Source: an uncultured Gammaproteobacteria bacterium
Lineage (GTDB): Bacteria; Pseudomonadota; Gammaproteobacteria; DRLM01
Reading direction: 5' to 3'
NCBI GenBank assembly: GCA_963729605.1
Contig: CAVSNY010000004.1
Location: 287,666-351,665 of the forward strand
Length of the DNA stretch: 64,000 nucleotides
Part shown: positions 1 through 9,834 of the stretch, piece after piece
How positions within the stretch are numbered: the stretch's first letter is position 1
Layout of the letters: each line of letters opens with the position of its first letter
Translations under genes and position numbers: made by a program
The notes under the pieces: generated by a model
Told to the model about the DNA's origin: nothing
What the model saw: the letters and a program-made list of their open reading frames with translations, nothing else
Databases searched by the model: none

Positions 1-192
1 ATGCGTTATTACCTGGCCATCGAAAGTTTTTTCGATACGGCGGCGGTACCCGCGCCGGATAGGCTCGAAAAGCGGCTGAGCGATTGGTTCGCGGCGTCGG
101 CGGTCTATTCGAAGCAACTTCATGAAATGGAACGCGATGAATATCTCGAAATGAAACGCAGTGAATATCGGCGGCAGAGCGAGACGCAATAG
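1..192 (+). CDS. C-terminal part of a hypothetical protein (probably truncated by the window edge)
   Basis: Frame open from base 1 to TAG at 190-192; protein-like composition; no recognisable domain. Confidence 0.55.
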   Translation: MRYYLAIESFFDTAAVPAPDRLEKRLSDWFAASAVYSKQLHEMERDEYLEMKRSEYRRQSETQ

Positions 193-251
193 CCATCCGC
201 CGTACCGATGATGGCCAATCACGGTTGCGGCGGCGTGCGCGGAGGTGGGTC

Positions 252-398
252 ATGGGGATGGAAATAGTCATCGGTTTAAGCGTGCTGGCGTTCGCCGGGG
301 TGGGTTTCATTCTCTATTTGATCAAGCTCGATCGGCGGGCGAAGAAGCAGCAGAGCGAGGTCGATCCCGGCAAGCTGCGCAGGTGGGACGATAATTGA
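252..398 (+). CDS. small single-pass membrane protein, 48 aa (not in the ORF track)
   Basis: GGAGGT at 241-246, ATG at 252; MGMEIVIGLSVLAFAGVGFILYLIKLDRRAKKQQSEVDPGKLRRWDDN*; one hydrophobic helix then a basic tail. Confidence 0.6.
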   Translation: MGMEIVIGLSVLAFAGVGFILYLIKLDRRAKKQQSEVDPGKLRRWDDN

Positions 399-522
399 GC
401 AGTTCCATGAATTCGGGCGCGTGTTAAAAGAAGAGGCAAAGAAAAGGCGTTGCCGACTTGCCCCGTTTGAATAGGAGTCGATAGTATCCGCTTTTGGAAA
501 ACACCTATTCAGAGGACAGGTC

Positions 523-906
523 ATGAGGCGCAGTATTCTCGATGAAAACCACCTTCATCCCGCGATTCGCGAGGTGATCGCCGCTTACCAGCTCGACCTG
601 ATCCGCGAAGTTCAGGCCGCGATCGCCGCGCACGATATCGTCATAATCGGCATGAGGCAAAATCCCTTCCCGCGCAAGGCGAGAAAGACGCTGGACGCGC
701 GCGATATCGCTTACCGGTATCTGGAATACGGCAGTTATCTCAGCCAATGGCGCCGCCGTTTGGCGCTCAAATTGTGGACGGGCTGGCCCACCTTTCCGAT
801 GATCTTCGTAAAAGGCGTGCTGGTGGGCGGAGCCGACGAACTGGCGCGCTTGCTCGACACCGGTGAGTTGGCAAGGATGCTGGCGGCGGCCCGGCCGGAC
901 GGGTGA
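523..906 (+). CDS. glutaredoxin-like protein (cysteine-free)
   Basis: WPTFPMIFVKGVLVGG glutaredoxin cis-Pro/GG motif; GAGGA RBS upstream. Confidence 0.8.
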   Translation: MRRSILDENHLHPAIREVIAAYQLDLIREVQAAIAAHDIVIIGMRQNPFPRKARKTLDARDIAYRYLEYGSYLSQWRRRLALKLWTGWPTFPMIFVKGVLVGGADELARLLDTGELARMLAAARPDG

Positions 907-946
907 AGAAGCAGGCCGCATGCGCTGGGTACATTCATCCGCTGGT

Positions 947-1675
947 TTATAGATAGATCATCTTCCGCGTCATACCGCCGTCGACGATCAATTCCGTGCC
1001 CGTGATGAATCCGGCGTTTTCCGAGATCAACCAGGTTATGGCGGCGGCGACGTCGTCGGCCCGTCCGACGCGACCGACCGGATGCTGGGCGTGATCCGTT
1101 TCGGACAAGGTTTCGCCCGAAGTATCGATCCAGCCGGGCGAGATGCAATTGACGCGGACGTCGGGACCGAGGCTGATCGCCAAGGAATGAGTGAGGGCCA
1201 ACAGGCCGCCTTTGGAGGCGGAGTAGGCGTGGGTGTCCGGTTCGGACATGTGCGCGCGGGTGGAGGCGATCAACACCATCGCGCCTTGCGCCTCGCGCAG
1301 GGCGTCTTCCGCGTATTTGGCGAGCAGAAAGGCGGCGGTCAGATTGGTGGCGAGCACCATGTTCCAATCGCCGAGCGTGGTGTCCTTTAAACTGCCGAAA
1401 CGGCCGACGCCGGCATTGGAAACCACCGCGTCCAAGCGGCCGTGGCTGCGCAAGGTGGCTTCGATCAGCAACTCGATGTCCGCCGCGATGCTGACGTCCA
1501 CTTCCGCGGCGTGACCGCGGCTGCGTGCCGCGACCCGGTCCGCGGCGGCCTTGTCCTTGTCCGCCGCGATCGTCCGCCAGCCGTCAGCCGCCAAGCGTTG
1601 AACCGTGGCGGAACCGATACCGTGACCCGCGCCGGTGACAATGGCTACCGGTTGAGATTTTCTATTCTGGGGCAT
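947..1675 (-). CDS. SDR family oxidoreductase
   Basis: TGAGHGIG Rossmann motif, NAG, YSASK catalytic motif, VNCISPG. Confidence 0.93.
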   Translation of the reverse strand: MPQNRKSQPVAIVTGAGHGIGSATVQRLAADGWRTIAADKDKAAADRVAARSRGHAAEVDVSIAADIELLIEATLRSHGRLDAVVSNAGVGRFGSLKDTTLGDWNMVLATNLTAAFLLAKYAEDALREAQGAMVLIASTRAHMSEPDTHAYSASKGGLLALTHSLAISLGPDVRVNCISPGWIDTSGETLSETDHAQHPVGRVGRADDVAAAITWLISENAGFITGTELIVDGGMTRKMIYL

Positions 1676-1789
1676 ATGGACCTCCCGCTATCCTTGCGAT
1701 GCTGTATTTCTTCAGCGATGAATGGGGCGCCATCCTCGGCTCAAAGAGCGACTGCTGGTCAGCGTGCGGCGACTCACGGTGACGATGTC

Positions 1790-1910
1790 GCACTACTTCG
1801 GGCGGAATTGCCCGGCGATGCGGGCCGCTTCAAATCCGTCCCATGAGTGGTAACAATATACTCATGCCCGCGGGCCGTGTCCCGTTGTCGTCCACCACCA
1901 GAATAAACAG
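1790..1910 (-). pseudogene. decayed response-regulator receiver-domain fragment
   Basis: Minus strand reads ILVVDDN (1904-1884), then GHE, then DGFEAARIAGQFRP* (1840-1799) in shifted frames. Confidence 0.45.
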
Positions 1911-2232
1911 CGAACGGGTCGTGGTGGTGACGTTCGCGCTTTGGTGAGGAGAAGTTCTCGCGACGGAGTCATCGCCGCGGACGGACGCACGATGAATTCA
2001 CTGCCTTTGAAAGGCAAATTGGCATAAATAATAGGCCTGGTCAAGAAAGCGCTATGACGCATTGAGTGGTCTCTACAACGATGGGTCCGCCGGCCATGAG
2101 CGTCCATTCCAAGCGCGCTATAGGCTGTGCCGTGAGTAGGTTGACAAGCGCGCCATGGTAAATCATGCCGATTCGATTAAACGCGATGCGCGTTACGGCC
2201 GTCGAATACGGCAGGCCGGCCAGGTAGATGCT

Positions 2233-2880
2233 TTAAGCCAGTAATACGGCGACGATGCCGGTGATGAAAATCCCGTCGAAGGTGCCGGCGCCGCCGATGG
2301 AGGCGATGGGCGCGCCCATTTTGCGGATGTCGCGCAGCCGCAGTAAATCCGCGCCGATGAGCACACCCAGCGTGCCGCAGATGTAGGCCAGTGGCGCGCT
2401 TTGGTCGGGGTTGATGCCGAGCGCGGTGACCGCTGCGGCGAGCGGGCCGACGAAGATGGGCATGGCGATGCCCACGCCCGGCACCGGCCGGCTGGTGAGG
2501 CGGCTGATCAGCGCGACGATGAGCGTGGCGACGATCACGTCCGGTATCGGCAAGGGGTGATGATAAATCAGATAGTAGGAGAAAATGACCGGGATCAGGC
2601 AGCCGCCGGCGTTGATGGCGATATGGGTCGTGCCGTTAAAACGCTGTAGATTGCGTTCGACCAACTCGCGCAGATGCGCGGGGATGCTGTCGGCGGATGG
2701 CCGTTCGGCGCTGACCTTCATGAACGGTAAATTGATGGCGCTGCCGATCAGCGAGGAGAACAGCAACAAAAAGGCCGATTGCGCCGAGAGCCCGAGTTTT
2801 TCAAAGGCCACGGTGAGCGCGCCGACTTGAATGAAGGCCAGCAGCAAGCCCAGCGCGATGGCGAACAAGATCATTTGCAT
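2233..2880 (-). CDS. DUF1614 family membrane protein
   Basis: AINAGGCLIP, RPVPGVGIAMP, GADLL and C-terminal SIGGAGTFDGIF motifs. Confidence 0.85.
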   Translation of the reverse strand: MQMILFAIALGLLLAFIQVGALTVAFEKLGLSAQSAFLLLFSSLIGSAINLPFMKVSAERPSADSIPAHLRELVERNLQRFNGTTHIAINAGGCLIPVIFSYYLIYHHPLPIPDVIVATLIVALISRLTSRPVPGVGIAMPIFVGPLAAAVTALGINPDQSAPLAYICGTLGVLIGADLLRLRDIRKMGAPIASIGGAGTFDGIFITGIVAVLLA

Positions 2881-2904
2881 GGGATTGGCCGGCAGGCGGC
2901 GGGC

Positions 2905-3783
2905 TTAATCGGCGAGCGCCGCGGCGAGCAGGGGCGCGAGTGCGAACGCGTTGCTGGCGTGGGACACGCTGTCGCTGCTCCAAATCTGTTGTACGCCCGC
3001 CGCGCGCAATACCGCCACGGCGTCGCCGACGAACAAAGGGTGGGTGACGCAGCAGTGCACCGCCGTCGCGCCGGCCTGGTACAACAGCGCGGCGGTGGTG
3101 GCGAGGGTGCGGCCGGTGCTGGCCATGTCGTCCACGATCACCGCCGTGCGGCCGCGCAGCTCGCCCGGCGGCAGGGCGATGTCCACCTCGTGATCCGAGC
3201 GCCGCTGTTTTTCCGCGATGAGGAAATCGAGCCCGGCATGGGCGGCGATGCGCGTCACCCATTGCCGCGATTCGCTGTCGGGCCCCACCAGCAGCGGCGC
3301 GCCCAGCCGTGCCTTCAATAAGTCGCCGATCAGATCGCCCGCGCTGAGGGTGATCGCCCGCGCCGCGGGCATCACCTCGCGTAATTCGTCGATGCGGTGC
3401 AGATGCGGATCGACGGTGATCACCGTATCGAACAAACGGCCCAGCCACGGCGCGATGATGCGCTGGCTCACCGCCTCGCCGGGCTCGAAGGCGATGTCCT
3501 GGCGCATGTAACAAAGATACGGCGCCACCAGGGTGAGATGCCTGACGCCGGCGGCGCGCGCGGTCTCCGCCGTCAACAGCAGTTCGATGAGTTTGTCGTT
3601 GGGATGATCCAGGCTGCGGCAGACGATCACCCGTTCCGGCAACACCGCCGGCAGGCGCAATTTGCTTTCACCGTCGGGAAAGCGATGCAGGACGACGATT
3701 TCGCAAGGCAGGTTCAGATGTTCGGCCAGCCGTTGGGCGGCTTCGGCATAGTCGGGAAATCCCAGCAGCAAGGTTTTTGGCAT
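2905..3783 (-). CDS. prs: ribose-phosphate pyrophosphokinase (PRPP synthetase)
   Basis: FPDGE, PYLCYMRQD, VDPH, VIVDDMASTGRT PRT motif, THPLF. Confidence 0.9.
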   Translation of the reverse strand: MPKTLLLGFPDYAEAAQRLAEHLNLPCEIVVLHRFPDGESKLRLPAVLPERVIVCRSLDHPNDKLIELLLTAETARAAGVRHLTLVAPYLCYMRQDIAFEPGEAVSQRIIAPWLGRLFDTVITVDPHLHRIDELREVMPAARAITLSAGDLIGDLLKARLGAPLLVGPDSESRQWVTRIAAHAGLDFLIAEKQRRSDHEVDIALPPGELRGRTAVIVDDMASTGRTLATTAALLYQAGATAVHCCVTHPLFVGDAVAVLRAAGVQQIWSSDSVSHASNAFALAPLLAAALAD

Positions 3784-4110
3784 GGTGACTCGTCGCGCTC
3801 CGTATTTAATTTTAAGAAAGCTCTGAATAATTCCATCCTGGAATTCTCAGGGCGCGGAAAGCGAAAAATGTCATTTTCGCTTTCCATCATTTTGAATGGC
3901 TGACCGCCATTGAAAATGGCGGCACACCCGGGTGCCGCAGGGGCCTCTGAATGAATCAGAGGTTCCTCAATTTTTCCGACCGCACGGGGAATGAATCCCC
4001 TGACCATGGCCCAGTTAACGGCCCGCCGGGAAATAATCCATAGTCATGATGATCACCCGCGCTGAATATTCGCGAAGTCGATTTTGAGAGGGGCTCGTCG
4101 CCCGCTTCAT

Positions 4111-5670
4111 TTAAAACTCCACATACAATTTCGGCACCTGATCCGCCGTGCCGATGCGGTAGCCGCTGCCGTGTTCGGCGTTGAAGGCGCGGGCGAATTT
4201 GAAGTCGGCGTTGAATTCGGCATGGACCCGATAAAGCGGTTCGCCGCGTTCCACCGCGTCGCCCAATTTTTTCAGCAGGTCCACTCCCGCGCCCTTGTCC
4301 ATGGGCGCGCCGGCCATGCGCGCGACGCGCGCCAGCAGGAAGTTGTCGATGGCGGTGACCACGCCGGCGCGTTCGGCGCTGACTTCATAGGTGATGGCGC
4401 CCGCTTGCAATACCTGATCGCGCCGGCCCTGGGCGTCGATGAGGGCGTTCATCTTGGCCAGGGCGCGGCCCGAGTCGAGGATGTCGCGGGCGATGGCGAA
4501 ACCTTCGCCGCCGCGTACGTCGGGGTCGAATTCCAGCACCCTTCCGGCGAGACGCAGGGCTTTTTGCCGCAGATCCGCCGGCGCCTGCGGATGGTTTTCC
4601 AATACTTGCATGACATCGCGGGCCTCCAGCACCGGGCCGATGCCGCGGCCGATCGGTTGACGGCCGTCGGTGATGATCACTTGGAGATGCACCCCCAGCC
4701 GATCGCCGACGTATTCGAAGAGTTTGCGCAATTGCAAGCCGTCGCGCATGTGGCGCACCTTGGCGGTGGGGCCGACGGGGATGTCGATGAGCAAGTGGGT
4801 GGAACCGGCGGCGAGTTTTTTGGCGAGGATGGAGGCCACCAGTTGTCCCGGTGCATCGATGCCGAGCGGCCGTTCCACCGAGATCAGCACATCGTCCACC
4901 GGGGCGAGGCGGGCGGTGCCGCCCCAGGCGAGGCAGCCGCGGTGATGACGCACGATGTTGTGCAACGCCTCGGGGGTGAGATTCACCTCGGCCAGCACTT
5001 CCATGGTGTCGGCGGTGCCGGCGGGGGAGGTGATGGCGCGGCTCGATGTTTTGGGAATCAGCATGCCGTGGGCGGCGACGATGGGTACCACCAGCATGGA
5101 AGTGCGGTTGCCGGGGATGCCGCCGATGCAATGTTTGTCCGCCACCAGCGGCTCCTGCCAGTCCAGCCGGTCGCCGGATTCCACCATCGCCTGGGTGAGG
5201 TGCAACACCTCGTCGCGGTCGAGGCCGGCTTGCGCCGCGGCCACCAGAAAGGCCGCCATCTCCATTTTTGAATAACGGTGGTCGGTGATCTCGAAGGCGA
5301 TGGCGCGGAAGTCCTCCGGGGAGAGACGCTCGCCGAGTATCTTGCGCCGCACCGCGTCCATGGAACGGGGCGGTTCGGCATGATCAATCCTGATGGGCGC
5401 GCCTTGCGGCAGGCCAAGCTGGGCGAAGGCTTGTTCCGAGAGGCCCAGCTCGCGTTCGGTGACGATGGCGCTGTCGTCCACCACGTTCAGCACCGCGAGG
5501 ATGCGGGTGCCGTTGGCGCAGACTTCCACTTTGGAAAGCGCTTGAAAACCTTCGGCGCGATATACCGCGCAGTCGCGGTGCAAGTAGGCGACGTTCTCGC
5601 GATAGGTGTCGATCGCTATGCGGCGCAGCGTCAGCGGTTCACCGGGGGGGAGGGCGTTGGACTTGTCCAT
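4111..5670 (-). CDS. thymidine phosphorylase family protein, long archaeal AMP-phosphorylase-like form
   Basis: [36 protein letters not shown] motifs; N-terminal extension; 519 aa. Confidence 0.9.
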   Translation of the reverse strand: MDKSNALPPGEPLTLRRIAIDTYRENVAYLHRDCAVYRAEGFQALSKVEVCANGTRILAVLNVVDDSAIVTERELGLSEQAFAQLGLPQGAPIRIDHAEPPRSMDAVRRKILGERLSPEDFRAIAFEITDHRYSKMEMAAFLVAAAQAGLDRDEVLHLTQAMVESGDRLDWQEPLVADKHCIGGIPGNRTSMLVVPIVAAHGMLIPKTSSRAITSPAGTADTMEVLAEVNLTPEALHNIVRHHRGCLAWGGTARLAPVDDVLISVERPLGIDAPGQLVASILAKKLAAGSTHLLIDIPVGPTAKVRHMRDGLQLRKLFEYVGDRLGVHLQVIITDGRQPIGRGIGPVLEARDVMQVLENHPQAPADLRQKALRLAGRVLEFDPDVRGGEGFAIARDILDSGRALAKMNALIDAQGRRDQVLQAGAITYEVSAERAGVVTAIDNFLLARVARMAGAPMDKGAGVDLLKKLGDAVERGEPLYRVHAEFNADFKFARAFNAEHGSGYRIGTADQVPKLYVEF

Positions 5671-5872
5671 GAATCTACGTTAACACAGCCCGGGCCGCGT
5701 TGGCGTGCCGCGCGCATCCCACGCTTGAGCGCGTCGTCGATACGGTTGAACGGTTTTTTGGCGGGGATGCAGCGAACCGATCGCGTTTCGCACCGGCATC
5801 GGGCCGCGCAAAAAAGGGCGGCCTGCAGGCCGTCCTTCATAAACGCATTTTGTTACGGTTGAGTGTTTTTTC

Positions 5873-6088
5873 TCAGGCCGCGCGGAAGGCCGTCAGATAT
5901 AGCGGCCCGCCTTCCAGCGGTTCGGCCCCGTGTGCATCTTCCACGATGACGCCGGAGTTCTCTTCGTTCTGGGCGAGGAAGGCCGGCGCGCCGGGCAAGA
6001 AACGGTTGCGGTCGGACTCGACGATTTGCACCGCCGCCAGCGGATCGGCCGGATCGAGCCTCCAGGTCTTGGTGATCTGGGCGCTAAT
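5873..6088 (-). pseudogene. orphan C-terminal gene fragment, possibly DUF839/PhoX-like
   Basis: Minus frame ...DRNRFLPGAPAFLAQNEENSGVI...PLEGGPLYLTAFRAA* with coding-like codon use but no start; resembles the xEESSG...EGGQL C-terminus. Confidence 0.3.
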
Positions 6089-6199
6089 GGAGAAAGATGA
6101 AGAGGCGGCGGCGCCCCGACGGCAGTAATGCGATGTGATGCACGGTGTGGATGGAGTTCGCCGTCGCGGGTGCGTCGGTTGTCTACCGCGATGGTGTAC

Positions 6200-6760
6200 T
6201 CAAAGCGGCGGGACGTCCTCGTAAATGACGGCGAGCGGCACGGCGATGTCGAGACATTGCAGGGCGACGGTGCCTTCGCTGACGATCTGCCGGTGCCAGT
6301 TGTCTTCGCGTAAATGGATTTCCGCTTCCATCTTGTCCTGCGAGAGCAGCAGGTATTGACGCAGACTGGGAATGCTGGTGTAGGCCAGCAGTTTTTCGCG
6401 GCGGTCGATGCGGGCGGTGGCCTCGGACAAGACCTCCACGATCAGACAGGGATGGCTGCGGTAATAAGGCGCGCGATCCGCCGGGTCGCAGCAAAGCAGC
6501 AGGTCGGGATAATAAAAGGCATCCTGTCCGGCCACGTTCAAACGCACTTTCATATCGGCCATGAACAATTGACAGGCGGTGCCGCGCACGTGAGGGCGCA
6601 GGGCCGTCGCGAGATTGACGGAGATGAGATTGTGCCGGTCGCCGGTGCCCACCATGGCGTGGACCCTGCCGCCGAGATATTCGTGACGCACCTCGCTCAC
6701 GAGTTCGTCTTGCAGGTATTCGTCGATGAGGATTAGCTGTGCCGGCGCTCGGGTTTCCAT
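6200..6760 (-). CDS. Uma2 (DUF820) family endonuclease
   Basis: RHEYLGG, YYPD, IVEVLSEAT..DRREK, YLLLSQD. Confidence 0.9.
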   Translation of the reverse strand: METRAPAQLILIDEYLQDELVSEVRHEYLGGRVHAMVGTGDRHNLISVNLATALRPHVRGTACQLFMADMKVRLNVAGQDAFYYPDLLLCCDPADRAPYYRSHPCLIVEVLSEATARIDRREKLLAYTSIPSLRQYLLLSQDKMEAEIHLREDNWHRQIVSEGTVALQCLDIAVPLAVIYEDVPPL

Positions 6761-6825
6761 GGGACGGCCTCTGTTTTCAGCGCTAACTACACCTTAGCGC
6801 GGACCTTGCCCCGCGGGCAAGCGGC

Positions 6826-8634
6826 TCATTCCATAACGGCGGCCGGCGGTGCCGATTTGCGGCGCTCTTCCTGCTGCAAGGCCCACATGTGGGCGTAAGT
6901 GCCGCCGCCGGCGAGCAGGGCTTGATGGGTGCCGCGCTCGATGATGCGGCCCTGGTCCATCACCAGGATTTGATCGGCATCGACGATGGTGGAGAGGCGA
7001 TGGGCGATCACCAGCGTGGTGTGGTCGGTGGCGACGCTGCGCAGTTCGGCGAGGATGGCCTGTTCCGATTTGGAGTCCAGCGCCGAGGTGGCTTCGTCGA
7101 AGATGAGGATGCGCGGGTTTTTGAGGATCACCCGCGCGATGGCGATACGTTGTTTTTCGCCGCCGGAGAGTTTGAGGCCGCGCTCGCCCACCATCGCTTC
7201 GTAGCCTTCCGGCAAGGATTCGATGAAGTCGTGGATGTGGGCCATCTTGGCGGCGCGAATGACTTCCTCGCGCGGCGCGTCGGGGCGGGCGTATTGGATG
7301 TTGTAGTAGATGGTGTCGTTGAACAGCACGGTGTCCTGCGGCACGATGCCGATGGCGGCGCGCAGGCTTTTTTGAGTCACGGCGCGGATGTCCTGGCCGT
7401 TGATCAGGATGCGGCCGCCGCCCACGTCGTAGAAGCGGAACAGCAACCGCGCCAGGGTGGATTTGCCCGAGCCGCTGTGGCCGACCACCGCGACTTTGTG
7501 GCCGGCGGGCACGTCGAAATCCATGTCGAAGAGGATTTGGCGGTTGGGATTGTAGCTGAACGCGACGTGTTCGAAGCGCAAGGCGCCGTCGCCGACGACC
7601 AGGTCGCGGGCGTCGGCCTGGTCGCGCACTTCCAGATTTTGATCGAGCAGGCTGAACATCTTTTCCATGTCGGCCAGCGAGTGTTTGATCTCGCGGTAGA
7701 CGAAGCCGAGGAAGTTCATGGGAATGAACAGCTGCAATAAATAGGCGTTGATCAGCACCAGGTCGCCCATGGTGAGACTGCCGTCCACCACGCCGTCGGC
7801 GGCGAGGAACATCAGCCAGGTGATGCCGACGGCGATGATCGCGCCCTGGCCGAAGTTGAGGAAGGACAGCGAGGTTTGATTGCGCACCGCGGCCTGTTCC
7901 CACACCGCGAGGTTTTCGTCGTAACGCCGCGCCTCGAACTCTTCGTTGCCGAAATATTTCACCGTTTCGTAGTTGAGCAGGCTGTCGATGGCGCGGGTGT
8001 TGGCCTTGGAATCCATGTCGTTCATCTGGCGGCGGAACTTCATGCGCCATTCGGTGATGATGAGGGTGAAGGCGATGTAGAGCGCCACGGTGACGAAGGT
8101 AATGATGGCGAACGAGGCCTGATAATTGATGAACAGGATCAAGGCCACCAGCGCGATCTCGACCAGGGTGGGAATGACATTGAACAACATGAAAGTGAGT
8201 AGAAAGCTGATGCCGCGGGTGCCGCGCTCGATGTCGCGCGAGACGCCGCCAGTCTGGCGCTCCAGATGAAATTTGAGGGCGAGGTTGTGCAGATGGCGGA
8301 ACACCTGCAGGGCGACCCGGCGGATGGCGCGCTGAGTGACCTTGGCGAAGATGGCGTCGCGCAGTTCGCTGAAGGCGGCGTTGGCCAGCCGCATGGCGCC
8401 GTAGCCGATGAGAAAGGCGACGGGCAAGACCAGCAGCGGATTGCGGGCCGCGTCCAGATTGTCGACGATGCCCTTGAGCATGAGGGGGATGGAGACGGTG
8501 GCGACCTTGGCCAGCACCAGGCAACCCATGGCCCACATCACGCGGGTGCGGTATTCCCAGAGGTAGGGTAGGAGGGTGCGGATGGACCGCCAGTCGTGGC
8601 GACCGGTTGGGGTCGGGGTACTCGAGGGACGCAT
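6826..8634 (-). CDS. ATM1/HMT1-type ABCB exporter (fused permease/ATPase)
   Basis: FHLERQTG, DSLLNYETVKYF, GHSGSGKST, LSGGEKQR, DEATSALD. Confidence 0.93.
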   Translation of the reverse strand: MRPSSTPTPTGRHDWRSIRTLLPYLWEYRTRVMWAMGCLVLAKVATVSIPLMLKGIVDNLDAARNPLLVLPVAFLIGYGAMRLANAAFSELRDAIFAKVTQRAIRRVALQVFRHLHNLALKFHLERQTGGVSRDIERGTRGISFLLTFMLFNVIPTLVEIALVALILFINYQASFAIITFVTVALYIAFTLIITEWRMKFRRQMNDMDSKANTRAIDSLLNYETVKYFGNEEFEARRYDENLAVWEQAAVRNQTSLSFLNFGQGAIIAVGITWLMFLAADGVVDGSLTMGDLVLINAYLLQLFIPMNFLGFVYREIKHSLADMEKMFSLLDQNLEVRDQADARDLVVGDGALRFEHVAFSYNPNRQILFDMDFDVPAGHKVAVVGHSGSGKSTLARLLFRFYDVGGGRILINGQDIRAVTQKSLRAAIGIVPQDTVLFNDTIYYNIQYARPDAPREEVIRAAKMAHIHDFIESLPEGYEAMVGERGLKLSGGEKQRIAIARVILKNPRILIFDEATSALDSKSEQAILAELRSVATDHTTLVIAHRLSTIVDADQILVMDQGRIIERGTHQALLAGGGTYAHMWALQQEERRKSAPPAAVME

Positions 8635-8949
8635 GCCCGCAGTGTACTCGTAACAAGATGCTTGGTGGAAACCCTCGGCGGGCTATAATTGGCCGCCCTT
8701 GAAAAAGGGGATGGTTAACGCCATTCAGCCGGATTGAATGGCGGCCGCGATGGCCGGTGCCGGGACTTGAGTATGCAGGGGTGGTCGGGGTCGATCGGCC
8801 AGCCGCGGGTAAGGCCGGCATGAGTCGCCGGATGGATACCGCCTTGTAAAAAAGTGGAGTTGCCGTGGCAACCCCACTTTTGGATCGCGTGTTAGAGGGT
8901 CAGTCTCTGCTTTATGCCTGGTTCACATAAGAACCAAGCGAGCAGCTGG

Positions 8950-9054
8950 TTATAAAGTGATTGCGTTGAATACGAACCCTAGGAACACAAAGATGGCGAT
9001 GAGTCCTACGCAGATGGGCCAGTCGTCTTGGGAAACGAGTCTTTCAGTCGTCAT
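8950..9054 (-). CDS. putative 34-aa membrane peptide (not in the ORF track)
   Basis: AGGGGA just upstream of ATG; MTTERLVSQDDWPICVGLIAIFVFLGFVFNAITL*; AT-rich upstream region. Confidence 0.4.
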   Translation of the reverse strand: MTTERLVSQDDWPICVGLIAIFVFLGFVFNAITL

Positions 9055-9268
9055 GGTAATCCCCTATTTAATAGTGAAGAATCGATGGGATTGTTGAGTA
9101 AATTCCCAGGCATTAAGTATGTATAACAGGCGCTACGGCATTAACAGTAGTATCGCTAAGTTAATTATGCAAGTACGATTTTTCAAAAAATAGTTAATTA
9201 AATTAGTAGGATAATTTTAGTTCGGATGTCATGCGGAGTGCCAAAAATGGAAAAACCGGAGATTTATC

Positions 9269-9532
9269 ATGCCTATATATGAGTACGAGTGCGCGGCCTG
9301 CCATCATCGTTTGGAAACCATGCAAAAGATGAGTGAGGCGCCGCTGACAGAATGTCCTCAGTGTCATGAGCCCACGTTGCGCAAATTGGTTTCGGCCGCC
9401 GGTTTTCAGCTCAAGGGCAATGGTTGGTACGCTACCGACTTCAAGGGCGGCGGCAAAAAACCCGCCGCCGCGGAGACCGCGTCGGATGCGACGGCGAAGC
9501 CCACGCCCGTTCCTCCCTCTTCGGCCGAATGA
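9269..9532 (+). CDS. FmdB family zinc-ribbon protein
   Basis: MPIYEYEC..C, CPQC, FQLKGNGWYATD; usual position upstream of aspS. Confidence 0.9.
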   Translation: MPIYEYECAACHHRLETMQKMSEAPLTECPQCHEPTLRKLVSAAGFQLKGNGWYATDFKGGGKKPAAAETASDATAKPTPVPPSSAE

Positions 9533-9834
9533 GGTCTTGGGCGGCTTCCTGAACAGGTGCCGGGTTTTCACATTCCGGGTTTGGGGCGCTGCTGTTGGTC
9601 TTGGTGATTCCGTGATTCCGGCCAGGGGCGTAATCATGGCGCGCTTCTTCGATCAGCGAGCTTCACGGCCTGGGTTTTGAATCGTATTTCCTTGGGGTGA
9701 TCGTGCCCGAATGGCGACGGCGATCCCCTTCGCCGTCGCGGCCGCCGTTGCGGAAATTCCGCTCAAAAAGTAACATTGGCCCCCTTCGCGGCGGCAAAAT
9801 CGCGGCCTTCTAAAATAATCGGGAACACATATCG

